Origin: Spirochaetota bacterium | GTDB lineage: Bacteria > Spirochaetota > UBA12135 > COTS27 > CBDBHE01 | Assembly: GCA_965205605.1 (NCBI GenBank) | Contig: CBDBHE010000002.1 | Location: 32,001 to 96,000 of the forward strand | DNA: 64,000 nucleotides | Direction of reading: 5' to 3' | Shown here: piece by piece, positions 10,401 to 19,499 of the stretch | Numbering within the stretch: the first letter of the stretch is position 1 | Layout of the letters: each line of letters begins with the position of its first letter | The notes under the pieces: generated by a model | Told to the model about the DNA's origin: nothing | What the model saw: only the letters and a program-made list of their open reading frames with translations | Database searches by the model: none | Made by a program: the position numbers and the translations under genes

Positions 10401-10755
10401 GAAGCAAAGACAGCATGCTATTAGTAAAGCTATTGCTTTAATGAAAACTTTAGAAGAAGAAATTAAAAAAAAAGAAGAAAAAATCGATTTCGATCGACTT
10501 AAAAATTTGAATGAAAAAATCGAATTTAATTTAAAAAAAGGGAACTTAGGTCTTATCTCTAAAAATAAAATTATTAATAAAAAAGAAAGAAAAGCTGAAA
10601 AAGAACAAGCCCTTTACCAAGGACAACAAAAGTTGATTTCAAAAAAAGATTTGTTTTATAAAAAAAAAATATTGACTAAAAAAAAGGCAAAATTAATTCC
10701 TGCTCGTTATCGAGAAAGAATTGATTTTTTTATTAAGAATTTAGATGAAAATTAA
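7471..10755 (+). CDS. Large membrane-anchored protein: N-terminal TM helices, beta-rich middle, long coiled-coil C-terminus (DUF4175-like)
   Basis: About 3 hydrophobic N-terminal segments, P.V.I.SP...ARDN...V beta motifs, K/E/Q-rich helices, terminal IPARYRERIDFFIKNL as in DUF4175-like proteins. Confidence 0.5.
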   Translation: MNFLKFKLFFTLSLAFKIFLKWGWVMGLFHFFYVTLNLSEKLPLSVEKKILFFYPTILFYFVSLFLIKAIKALSHFEVLLENTFDLDFQLINLKNASRKKHLKPLYDNEVNRLLTSFSPKVFFTKNTLRDSKATFIVLGLVFLFHLSFLDSHNRFVNNVKSILLFPSTDIFLSYPKAIKENETFSFSFSGNFQKGILFLNSGEKIIKKSLDKNEVFAISNVTSKINGKITFRKGRFYKTEAVNVNLLQKPVINSVVFKIKNPFEDKPTYYEGILRVDVYQQSQGKLTLSIQKNQVIKQVWLNKRLLSNQEIKINKNKLYFYFKTPVAPKWELRLLNQHDLISDPFSLKLTTIFNKSPEVFILSPTNNLIVTNYKVSISYLARDNIFLKKVTLYLQNPETYKEFSIKNQKVIFLNQTKKPIYQIEKKVILPLDAYFKSETDILNYYLVAEDFYGLKSASKTNTLKQKNILDTLVENKQHQENIKAELTQTLNKLKDLSQDYQALKILKEQGLLKKESIHHYQKKAEEIKDALKTVSKKLSDFLDQDNKKDTKLFSKTIRDKIAFIKKEIDQINKDFLEQFLKKMKKNLFEKNFSAKDFENYSNQLNPKEFEKRLDTLLNAIKQLKKKSQAEALSKLAEDIYDHFEDLRFFDLSPPGIRKEVLKKELNSITIKLIKLQNDFEAFDKEYQIKNADSLEVVLKVRSFFKSDFKTKILNLNALANNKKAGIISENLNDLRKRFAFFLREQTNLEYDKAFKQIEEQFQGFLIKISWIERLYKEEIVDLENINKPYRDSLVTAFISDYKTLTLFYKNKIYQNLSGYVGGILKLVKKYDYLINRLEIFQEKIDPSKQLFNENHHLTISKKFTQIEEISKIITADLLTLKQILSKKKQLEERMQSLNQAAHLQKKQGQKISRLKKKGLGNSQNLTDAQKQYLKRLALEQAYIKSLLKKYQNLPLSKKNSPSSQNKQRLQKKSSSSLKQRQHAISKAIALMKTLEEEIKKKEEKIDFDRLKNLNEKIEFNLKKGNLGLISKNKIINKKERKAEKEQALYQGQQKLISKKDLFYKKKILTKKKAKLIPARYRERIDFFIKNLDEN

Positions 10756-10760
10756 TTTTT

Positions 10761-11549
10761 TTATTTGGTATCGTTTTTTAAAGATAAAGCCACAGGACAG
10801 TGATCAGAGCCCATAATTTTATTTAAAAGGGAGCAGGAATTAATTTTATTTAAAAGAGAGGTATTTGTTAAAAAATAATCAATCCTCCAACCGATATTTT
10901 TTTCTCTAGATTTAAATCGATAGCTCCACCAAGTATAGGCGTCTTTTTCATCTGGTTTAAATTTTCTAAACACATCAATCAAATCATTCTTAGCGGTTAA
11001 AAACTCACCAAAGGCATTTCTTTCGTCAATATGAAAACCGGGGTTCATGGTGTTTCCTTTAGGGTTTTTGATATCAATTTCTTTGTGAGCGACATTAAAA
11101 TCACCACAACAAATAACGGGGTTTTTTTTCTTTAGTGTTTTAATAAAATTTAAAAATTCTTTATTAAATTTAAGTTTGTAATCAAGCCTTTTTAATTCTT
11201 GTTGAGAGTTTGGGAAGTAAACACAGCTTAAATAAAAAGAATCATATTCTAAAGTAATGATTCTTCCCTCGTCATCGTATTTCTTATTCCCTAGTCCTTT
11301 TAAAACACTCAGTGGCTTTAGCTTTGTTAAAATACTAACACCCGAGTACCCTTTTTTTAAAGCAACGTGATGGTACTGATAATATGGTTTTAAGACTTGA
11401 TGTTCATTATAACTTTTTGGAAATTGATTTTCTTGTATTTTTGTTTCTTGAAGACAAAGGATATCAGGGGAAATTTGTTGAATAAAATCATAAAATGTTT
11501 TTTTAATAATAGCTCTAAGACCATTGATATTCCAAGAAATAATTTCCAT
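10761..11549 (-). CDS. xth: Exodeoxyribonuclease III / AP endonuclease
   Basis: SWNINGLRA, LCLQETK, GYSGV, YFPN, GDFNVAH, YTWWSYR, GWRIDY, GSDHCP. Confidence 0.95.
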   Translation of the reverse strand: MEIISWNINGLRAIIKKTFYDFIQQISPDILCLQETKIQENQFPKSYNEHQVLKPYYQYHHVALKKGYSGVSILTKLKPLSVLKGLGNKKYDDEGRIITLEYDSFYLSCVYFPNSQQELKRLDYKLKFNKEFLNFIKTLKKKNPVICCGDFNVAHKEIDIKNPKGNTMNPGFHIDERNAFGEFLTAKNDLIDVFRKFKPDEKDAYTWWSYRFKSREKNIGWRIDYFLTNTSLLNKINSCSLLNKIMGSDHCPVALSLKNDTK

Positions 11550-11556
11550 TAATTTA

Positions 11557-12084
11557 TTATAAAGTAACTTTATTTTGAAATAAGCTTTTGATTTTTTTTA
11601 ACTTGGGTTTGATGGTGATGAGACAATAAGGTTGAGAGTTATTTCTTTTGTAGTATTGTTGATGATAATCTTCTGCAGGGTAAAAATCAGTAAAAGGTTT
11701 AATTTCTGTTATGATAGTTTGAGAGTATTTATTAGCAAGTAATTTTTTTTTGAAGTGAAGAGCGATTTCTTTTTGGGTTTGATGATGATAAAAAATAATC
11801 GAACGATATTGATAACCGACATCATTTCCTTGTTTATTAAGACTTGTTGGATCATGAGAGGCAAAAAAAACTTCTAAAATTTCTTCATAAGAAATTATTT
11901 TTGCATTAAATAAAAAATGAACAACTTCAATATGTTTTGTTTTACCACTACAAACGGCTTTATAATTAGCTTCATTGGCTTTTCCTCCTGAATAGCCAGA
12001 AATTAAGTTTTCAATCCCTTTTAATTGATTAAAGATAGCTTCTAAACACCAAAAGCACCCGCCACCTAAAGTTACTTTTTCCAA
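11557..12084 (-). CDS. msrA: Peptide-methionine (S)-S-oxide reductase
   Basis: GGGCFWC, GYSGG, HDPT, QGNDVGYQYRS, FYPAEDYHQQY; TTG start. Confidence 0.95.
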   Translation of the reverse strand: MEKVTLGGGCFWCLEAIFNQLKGIENLISGYSGGKANEANYKAVCSGKTKHIEVVHFLFNAKIISYEEILEVFFASHDPTSLNKQGNDVGYQYRSIIFYHHQTQKEIALHFKKKLLANKYSQTIITEIKPFTDFYPAEDYHQQYYKRNNSQPYCLITIKPKLKKIKSLFQNKVTL

Positions 12085-12376
12085 TGCATTATTATACTAG
12101 CTTAAAAAAAATTAAAAAGATAGTTTTTTTACCTTCTTCTTGAGCTAGGTAGCTTGGTAGAAGAGGTGATGACATGAACACTTGGTTTTTATTAATAAAA
12201 GAAAAAAAAGCTTAAATAAAGCATTGATTTTAATCAATTTTTTTTTATTTAGCATTTATAGCGTTTTATTTTTAAAAATACTTGAAATATTTTTGTATGT
12301 AATTGTAAACTTTTTTTACTTAACTTGATTTTTTAAGAAAAAGGTATAATTTTTCTATAAAAGGTATGATGTTTTT

Positions 12377-13318
12377 ATGATAGAAATTAAACAAATAAGC
12401 AAAAACTATGGTGAAATTAAGGCCGTTGAGGATCTTAATTTTACAATTGAAAAAGGAGAAGTCCTTGGTCTTTTGGGACCTAATGGAGCGGGGAAGAGTA
12501 CAACGATTCGAATGCTTTGTTGTTATTTAAAACCAACGGAAGGTAATATTATTGTTAATGGCAAAAGTATTTTAGAAAATTCTCAGTTAGTTAAAAAAAT
12601 GATTGGTTATTTACCAGAGTCAGCTCCTCTTTATAGTGATATGATTGTTTATGATTATTTAAATTATATTGCAGAAATTCGAGGGATTGAAAAAGATAAA
12701 AAAGAAAAACGTATTAAAGAGCTTGCAGAAACTTGTGTGATAAAAGAAGTGATGTCCAAAAACATTAGTCAGCTTTCTAAAGGATATAAACAACGAGTTG
12801 GTTTAGCTCATGCTCTTATGGGAGATCCTGAGATTTTAGTTTTAGATGAACCCACTTCTGGGCTTGATCCTAATCAAATTATTGAAATTAGAGAATTAAT
12901 TAAAAAAATAGGAAAAAAGAAAACAGTCATTATTTGTTCTCATATTTTAAGTGAAGTCGAAGCGACTTGTAATCGAGTTGTTATTATTAGTAAAGGAAAA
13001 GTTGTGGCTGATGGGACAACAGAAACACTTAAAAAAGGAAATGTAAAAAGCAAGACTGTTTTATTAGAAATTGCTAAAGAAGGAAATTTAGATGAAAAAC
13101 AAATAGAAAAAAAGATGGCTTCTATAAAAAATGTTTCGAAAGTTAAGACGATGGTTTCTAGTGAAAAAGATGTTTTTAAATATGAAATCAGTTATCAATG
13201 TGAAGCAGATATTAGAAAAGATATTTATCAATTTATTAAGAAAAACAATTGGATACTTTTAACTTTTTATAAGCAAGAAAACACGCTTGAAAGTGTTTTT
13301 AGAAATTTAACCAATTGA
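12377..13318 (+). CDS. ABC transporter ATP-binding protein (GldA-like)
   Basis: GPNGAGKST, LSKGYKQRVGLA, LDEPTSGLDPNQI, SHILSEV. Confidence 0.9.
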   Translation: MIEIKQISKNYGEIKAVEDLNFTIEKGEVLGLLGPNGAGKSTTIRMLCCYLKPTEGNIIVNGKSILENSQLVKKMIGYLPESAPLYSDMIVYDYLNYIAEIRGIEKDKKEKRIKELAETCVIKEVMSKNISQLSKGYKQRVGLAHALMGDPEILVLDEPTSGLDPNQIIEIRELIKKIGKKKTVIICSHILSEVEATCNRVVIISKGKVVADGTTETLKKGNVKSKTVLLEIAKEGNLDEKQIEKKMASIKNVSKVKTMVSSEKDVFKYEISYQCEADIRKDIYQFIKKNNWILLTFYKQENTLESVFRNLTN

Positions 13319-13351
13319 ACAAAGGATTAAGCAAGGAGTTTTTATTTTTTT

Positions 13352-14074
13352 ATGGAAAAGTGTTTTTCATTTATAAGGTCAATTTGTAAAAGAGAGTTAA
13401 ACTCTTATTTTTATTCTCCCATTGCTTATGTGGTGATTTCTATTTTTTTAGGGATCATGGGGTGGTTTTTTTTCAATGAGTTTTTTTTAAGAGATGAAGC
13501 GAGTTTAAGATCTTTTTTTGGTCTTTTACCTTGGATTTTTACTTTTATTATTCCAGCAGTTACGATGAGGCTTTATTCTGAAGAAGAGAGTACAGGTTCT
13601 TATGAAATGCTAGTGACGCTTCCAATCAAAGAGGTTGATATTGTTTTAGGGAAATTTTTAGGAGCTTTTATTTTTGTTGGTATTATGATTTCACCTTCTA
13701 TTTTTTATGCTATCATTGTTGAAACTATAGGAGATTTAGATTGGGGACCTGTTATAGGTGGTTTTTTAGGGAGTCTTTTACTTGCTTCTACTTATATTTC
13801 AATCGGTATTTTCACCTCTTCGGTTACAAAAAATCAAATTATTGCTTTTATTCTTAGTGTGTTGTTTTGTTTTATTTTGACGAGTATTGATTCTTTTTTT
13901 GTTTTTTTACCGTCTTCGTTTTTAGGTGTTTTTCAATATATTTCTGCTAGTTATCATTTTCAAAGTGTTGCTAAAGGATTAATTGATACCAGAGATTTTT
14001 TCTATTTTCTTTCTTCTTCTTTTTTATTTTTATTAATGACTCATCAAGTAATGTTGGAAAAATATAGAAAGTGA
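13352..14074 (+). CDS. ABC-2 permease (GldF-like)
   Basis: RELNSYFYSPIAY, PAVTMRLYSEE..TG..E.L.T.P, six TM helices, G.ID.RD..YF. Confidence 0.88.
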   Translation: MEKCFSFIRSICKRELNSYFYSPIAYVVISIFLGIMGWFFFNEFFLRDEASLRSFFGLLPWIFTFIIPAVTMRLYSEEESTGSYEMLVTLPIKEVDIVLGKFLGAFIFVGIMISPSIFYAIIVETIGDLDWGPVIGGFLGSLLLASTYISIGIFTSSVTKNQIIAFILSVLFCFILTSIDSFFVFLPSSFLGVFQYISASYHFQSVAKGLIDTRDFFYFLSSSFLFLLMTHQVMLEKYRK

Positions 14075-14105
14075 AAACTTTTTAAAATCAAGGTAGGATT
14101 TTTTA

Positions 14106-16301
14106 ATGGTAAAAAAAATATTAGCTTTTTTAAAAAAAATATTTGGTTATTATAGCCAGTTTTTTTTATATCTTTTTATTATCTTTCTTTTTATTATTGC
14201 TTCTAATATTATTTTTTTTAGAATCGATTTGACAAAATCTCAAGTTTTTTCACTTTCTAAACCGAGTAAAAAATTAGTTTCTGATTTAGTTGTTCCTCTT
14301 CGTATCAAAGTCTTTTTCTCAAAAAATTTACCCGCTCCTCATAATAATACAGAGCGTAATTTGAAAGATCTTTTAGAAGAATATTCTCTTGCTGGTAATA
14401 AGTATTTTTCATATAAGTTTTATGATTGTTCTCTTGGTAAAGAAGATTCTTCTGAAAAAATCAAAAAAAATATAGAAGTAGCAGGTTCTTATAATATTTA
14501 CCCAGTCCAAAGACAAATCATAGAAAAAGATGAAGTAAAATTTACACGTGTGTATATGGGGATTATTATTGAACATGGAGATATTGTAGAGCAAATTGCT
14601 GATTTAAGTGATACGTATGCTTTAGAATATCGTTTTTCTCAAATTATCCAAAGAATGCATAATAAGATTAATGCGCTTGCTAGTTTAAAAGAAGATATTA
14701 AAATCAAGCTTTTTTTATCTTCTTCTCTTGAAAAAGTAGGCCCACACATTAATATCAAAAATCTCTCTGAAGTCCCAAAGAAAATGCAAGAAGTCATTAA
14801 AGCTTGTCAAAAAAGAAATTATGGGAAAGTAAAATATACTTTTTTGGACTCTTCAAAAGATTTAAATGTTAAAAAAAAGGCAGAGAGTTATAAGCTTCAA
14901 CCATTAAGTTGGGGGGATGATAAACGAATCAATCTTAAAGCAGGTGAAGGGTATGCTTCTTTAGTGATTGAACATGGGGAAAAAGAAGAAGTTATTTCTT
15001 TAATTAAAATAGCCCAGCTCCCTATTTTTGGTGTTAGTTATTCATTGGAGAAAATTGAAGATTTAGAAAATAGAATTAATTCTCTTATTGACAACCTTCT
15101 TAATATTAATGAAAAAGTAGCTTATCTTAAAGATAAAAGAGGTCTTGATATCTCTCTTCCTATAAGAAACTTTCAAAGAAATACACCTCCAGGCCCCGGT
15201 GGTAATTTTAATCAATTAGTTTCAAAAAATTATGACATTAGTGAAATCACGGCCTATGAGCTTACTAAAAACTATAAAGCTCTCATTATTGCAGGAGTCA
15301 AAGAATTTTTTAGAGAAAGAGAGCTTTTTCTCATCGATCAATTTCTTCTTTCTGGTAGATCGCTTATTATTTTTCAAGATGCTTTTGAAGAGGTTGCTAA
15401 CAAGCAATTAGGGGCTTATGGTGCTCCAAGCTACAATCCTATTAATACGGGTTTAGGAAAACTTTTAAATCATTATGGAGTGGTGATTGAAAAAGGTATT
15501 GTTTTAGATCAGATTTGTTATGAGCAGTTAAAAGATCCTCAAAGAGGGGGGGGTAAACAAGCGGTTTATTTTATTCCTAAAGTTTTACATAAGCAGATTA
15601 ATACTCGTTTTATCGCCTTAAAAGGAATTAAGGAAATTTATGCTAATAGAACAAGTCCGCTTTCTTTTAATGAAGAGATTCTTAAAAAAAACAAAATTCA
15701 GAAAACTGTTTTATTCTCTTCAAGTCCTAAAAGTTGGGTTTTGAAAGATAGAATTATTTTAACACCTGGCTATATGGTTCCACCTAAAGAAGAGTATTTA
15801 AAATCTTTCCCTTTAGCTGCTTTACTTGAAGGAGAATTTACGAGTTATTTTTCAGAAATAGGTCCTCCAGAAGAAATTTCTCAAGAAAATCAAGGAACTA
15901 CAAGCTTGCCCTTAATTAAGGAAACTTTTATTAAAAAAGGAAAGAAAGGGAAAATTTTTATTATGGGGACATCAGGTAATATTAGAAATGAAATTTTATC
16001 TCCTCAAGGGGAGTTTGCAAATAGTCCTATTTTAAGAGGAAATGCGATTTTTATTAATAATCTTGTTGACTATATGAACGATCGAAAAAATTGGGCTTTA
16101 ATGCGAGGAAAAGGAGATATGCGAAACCCACTTGTTCCTTATAATGTTAAGTCTAATATTATTGCTCGTTTTTTTACTAATCGAGATTTGATTCGTATTT
16201 TTGGGATTTATTGTTTGCCTATTTTAATGATTTTTGTAGGTTTTCTTTTTTATTCTAAAAGAAGAAAAAAGAAAAAAGTAATAAAAGAGCTTTTTAGTTA
16301 A
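14106..16301 (+). CDS. GldG-family ABC auxiliary component
   Basis: RIDLT..Q.FSLS..S, LKDLLEEY, LEY, IDQFLL.G; N- and C-terminal TM helices; follows gldA/gldF-like genes. Confidence 0.85.
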   Translation: MVKKILAFLKKIFGYYSQFFLYLFIIFLFIIASNIIFFRIDLTKSQVFSLSKPSKKLVSDLVVPLRIKVFFSKNLPAPHNNTERNLKDLLEEYSLAGNKYFSYKFYDCSLGKEDSSEKIKKNIEVAGSYNIYPVQRQIIEKDEVKFTRVYMGIIIEHGDIVEQIADLSDTYALEYRFSQIIQRMHNKINALASLKEDIKIKLFLSSSLEKVGPHINIKNLSEVPKKMQEVIKACQKRNYGKVKYTFLDSSKDLNVKKKAESYKLQPLSWGDDKRINLKAGEGYASLVIEHGEKEEVISLIKIAQLPIFGVSYSLEKIEDLENRINSLIDNLLNINEKVAYLKDKRGLDISLPIRNFQRNTPPGPGGNFNQLVSKNYDISEITAYELTKNYKALIIAGVKEFFRERELFLIDQFLLSGRSLIIFQDAFEEVANKQLGAYGAPSYNPINTGLGKLLNHYGVVIEKGIVLDQICYEQLKDPQRGGGKQAVYFIPKVLHKQINTRFIALKGIKEIYANRTSPLSFNEEILKKNKIQKTVLFSSSPKSWVLKDRIILTPGYMVPPKEEYLKSFPLAALLEGEFTSYFSEIGPPEEISQENQGTTSLPLIKETFIKKGKKGKIFIMGTSGNIRNEILSPQGEFANSPILRGNAIFINNLVDYMNDRKNWALMRGKGDMRNPLVPYNVKSNIIARFFTNRDLIRIFGIYCLPILMIFVGFLFYSKRRKKKKVIKELFS

Positions 16302-16310
16302 AAGAAACCA

Positions 16311-17282
16311 ATGATGAATAAAAGTAATAAAATTTTAATTATTATTGCCTCGAGCTTACTTTTAATAATTTTTATCCATCGACTCAAGCCTCTTTTGAAA
16401 AAGCCTAAAGAGATCAAAGCAATTGAACCCCCAATTAATAAAGTGATTATTCATAATCCAAAATTGGAAATAATGCATGTTTTTGTTCAAAAAGATCAAG
16501 TTTGGTTTTTGGGAGAAAAAAAATATGAAGTCGATAGACAAGCTATTAGTAATCTTTTAATTGAAATTAAAAAATCAAGAAACATTGAACTTGTTTCAGA
16601 GTTAGATGATGATTTTAAATATAATCTTGGAAGCAGTAATCGTATTAAGGTAGAAGCTTTTGGTGATAATAAATTGATCAGAACTCTTTTTATTGGTAAA
16701 GAAAGTGCTACTTATCATTATCGATATTTGAAGTATGATAAAAATCCTTTTATTTACCAAACAAAAGATACTTTTAAAGGAAAGTTTCAATTATCAACAA
16801 CAGATTTTAGAAATAGACAAGTCTTTTCTTTTGCTGAAAATCAAGTGACTTCAATAAAACTCGAAGATTTAAATAAAGATTCTCTTGTTATTAGTAAAGA
16901 GATCTCTAATGGAAATAAAGACAAAGAAAGTAAAAAAGATGAAGATTCTTCTTTAGGCTTTGTTTGGCAAGATTCTTTAAAAAGACGGTATAAAAATCAA
17001 GAAATCACAGCTTTTATTAATATTCTTGGTAATCTTAAAGTGGATTCTTTTTTAGAAGAAACTTCTAAATCACTTGAAATAAAAAAGATTAAAAGAAAAA
17101 TTACTATTAATACAGCAAATAAAGTTTATGAGCTTATCATTCTTAAAGATAAAAAACTAAATCAAATTTACACTCCTAGTAAAAAATATGGATTTATTGT
17201 AAGTGCTTCAGATGCGGAAGTATTGAGTCGTAATTTTTCTCTTTCTTCTATTGAAGAGGAAGCGGGTAAAAATAAAAAGTAA
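16311..17282 (+). CDS. DUF4340-like membrane-anchored protein of the GldAFG-like operon
   Basis: N-terminal TM, W.L....Y.VD, Y.LG, L.IGK, DFRNR repeat architecture; usual fourth gene of this operon. Confidence 0.7.
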   Translation: MMNKSNKILIIIASSLLLIIFIHRLKPLLKKPKEIKAIEPPINKVIIHNPKLEIMHVFVQKDQVWFLGEKKYEVDRQAISNLLIEIKKSRNIELVSELDDDFKYNLGSSNRIKVEAFGDNKLIRTLFIGKESATYHYRYLKYDKNPFIYQTKDTFKGKFQLSTTDFRNRQVFSFAENQVTSIKLEDLNKDSLVISKEISNGNKDKESKKDEDSSLGFVWQDSLKRRYKNQEITAFINILGNLKVDSFLEETSKSLEIKKIKRKITINTANKVYELIILKDKKLNQIYTPSKKYGFIVSASDAEVLSRNFSLSSIEEEAGKNKK

Positions 17283-17321
17283 ATTTAAATAAATATATAG
17301 AGATTGGTTTAAAAAGTAATT

Positions 17322-17816
17322 GTGAGCGAAAATTTTTTTATTAGAGAGTATCATGATGAAGATCATGACTTAGTGTATAGTTTGATATTGTCTATTATTG
17401 AGTCGGAGTATCGAGATATTCCACCTGATTCTTATTTATTTGATATTGATCATTTTCATGATGTTTATAATGGCTCTAGGGATGCTTTTTGGGTCGTGGA
17501 GCAAAATTCTAAGAATCGTAAAGAAATTATTGGAACGATTGCCATTAAAGAAGATGATGAAAAAACGGCTCTTTTAAGAAGGTTTTTTGTTTCTCCAAGA
17601 TTTCGAGGTAAAGGAATAGGGAAACAGCTTTTTGAAACTACTTTGGAATTTTGTCAAAATAATCACTATAAAACAATTATTTTTATTGGAAATAATAAAA
17701 TGAATAAAGTAAATAAATTTCTTAAAAAAAGAAACTTCAAAGATATTGAAGTCATTGATTTAAAAAAAGAAAAAAAAGATTTGTTTGGAGTCTATAAACT
17801 TTCTTTTAAATGTTGA
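17322..17816 (+). CDS. GNAT family N-acetyltransferase
   Basis: IIGTIAI, ALLRRFFVSPRFRGKGIGKQL acetyl-CoA motif A. Confidence 0.85.
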   Translation: MSENFFIREYHDEDHDLVYSLILSIIESEYRDIPPDSYLFDIDHFHDVYNGSRDAFWVVEQNSKNRKEIIGTIAIKEDDEKTALLRRFFVSPRFRGKGIGKQLFETTLEFCQNNHYKTIIFIGNNKMNKVNKFLKKRNFKDIEVIDLKKEKKDLFGVYKLSFKC

Positions 17817-17878
17817 TGTTTTATATCAACCTTGTCCTATTTTTATATTTCTTTAATATTTAAAATAAAAGAAAAAAA

Positions 17879-19420
17879 TTGACTTTTAAGCGTTCTATTA
17901 TTATTCTTGATTTTGGTTCTCAGTATACACAGCTCATTGCTCGTTGTGTACGTCAAATGAATGTTTACTCATTGATATTACCTTACAATGTTTCTGTAAA
18001 AGAAATTTTAAATTATACTCCTTTTGGTATTATCCTTTCAGGAGGCCCTTCTTCAGTTTATGCTAAGAAAAAACCTTTAATAAGTCCTTCCCTTCTTAAT
18101 ATGGGTATTCCCATTTTAGGGATTTGTTATGGGATGCAAATTTTAACTTTGATAATAGGTAGTAAAGTAAAAGCATCTGAAACAAGAGAGTATGGATATC
18201 AAAAAATTGAAATTATTAAAGAAAAATCTTTATTGTATAAAGGTATCAAAAAAAAACATTTAACGACTTGGATGAGCCATGGAGATCAAGTTGAAGGAGA
18301 TTTAAAAGATTTTGAAGTCACAGCAAGATCTGGTGAAATAGTGGCCTCTATCGAAAATTCTAAAAAGAAGATTTATGGGGTTCAATATCATCCTGAAGTA
18401 ACACATACTTCTTTGGGTTTTGAAATTTTATCCAATTTTGTTTTTGAGATTTGTAAGGCTAAAAATAATTGGTTTATCAGTTCTTTAATTCAAAACATGA
18501 CCCAAGAAATTAAAGAACAAGTAGGAAATAATAAAGTTATTTTAGGAGTTAGTGGAGGAGTAGATTCGATGGTGATGTCTGTTTTACTCCACAAGGCAAT
18601 AGGAGATCAGCTCACCTGTGTTTTTGTTAATAATGGGTTTTTACGTATAGGAGAAGCCGAAAAAGTTTGTAAGGTTTTTCAAGAATCTTTTAAAATATCT
18701 TTTAAATATATTGATGCAAGCAAACTTTTTTTGAAAAAAATAAAAGGAATAAAAAATCCAGAAAAAAAAAGAAAAATTATTGGGAAAATATTTTCCCGTG
18801 TTTTTTTTAAAGAGTTTGATAAAAAAACTTTTTTAGCTCAAGGGACTTTATACCCCGATGTGATTGAATCTGTTTCGGCAAAAGGTCCTTCCGAAACTAT
18901 TAAGACACATCATAATCGAGTCAAAGAGATTATTAAGTTAATAAAGCAAAAAAAAATTATTGAACCTTTTGAGACCTTCTTTAAAGATGAAGTTAGAGAA
19001 ATTGGGAAAACATTAAAAATATCAAAAAATATTTTATTAAGACAACCTTTTCCAGGCCCTGGTTTAGCAATTAGAGTGATAAGTAAAATCACAAATGAAA
19101 GGCTAGATATTTTAAGAAAAGCAGACCAGATTTTTTTAGAGGAAATTAAAAAAGCTAATTTATATTCATCCCTTTGGCAAAGTTTTTGTGTATTATTACC
19201 TATTAGATCAGTTGGTGTGATGGGAGATAAACGTTCGTATGAAAATACAATTGTGCTTCGAGGGGTAACGAGTTTAGATGGCATGACAGCGGATATTGCT
19301 GATTTTAAAAAATCATTTTTGACTCAAGTGACTTCTCGAATCATTGGGGAAGTGAAGGGAGTTAATCGAATTGTTTATGATATTACAAGTAAACCCCCTG
19401 GTACTATTGAATGGGAATAA
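17879..19420 (+). CDS. guaA: GMP synthase (glutamine-hydrolysing)
   Basis: LDFGSQYTQLIAR, GICYGMQ, HPEV, SGGVDS, QGTLYPDVIES, KPPGTIEWE. Confidence 0.97.
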   Translation: MTFKRSIIILDFGSQYTQLIARCVRQMNVYSLILPYNVSVKEILNYTPFGIILSGGPSSVYAKKKPLISPSLLNMGIPILGICYGMQILTLIIGSKVKASETREYGYQKIEIIKEKSLLYKGIKKKHLTTWMSHGDQVEGDLKDFEVTARSGEIVASIENSKKKIYGVQYHPEVTHTSLGFEILSNFVFEICKAKNNWFISSLIQNMTQEIKEQVGNNKVILGVSGGVDSMVMSVLLHKAIGDQLTCVFVNNGFLRIGEAEKVCKVFQESFKISFKYIDASKLFLKKIKGIKNPEKKRKIIGKIFSRVFFKEFDKKTFLAQGTLYPDVIESVSAKGPSETIKTHHNRVKEIIKLIKQKKIIEPFETFFKDEVREIGKTLKISKNILLRQPFPGPGLAIRVISKITNERLDILRKADQIFLEEIKKANLYSSLWQSFCVLLPIRSVGVMGDKRSYENTIVLRGVTSLDGMTADIADFKKSFLTQVTSRIIGEVKGVNRIVYDITSKPPGTIEWE

Positions 19421-19499
19421 TTTTAGGACTTTAACTTATTATTTCTAGATGTGATAATATAAACAAGTGAATTGTTATTAATTTTTCAAGGAGATTTAA

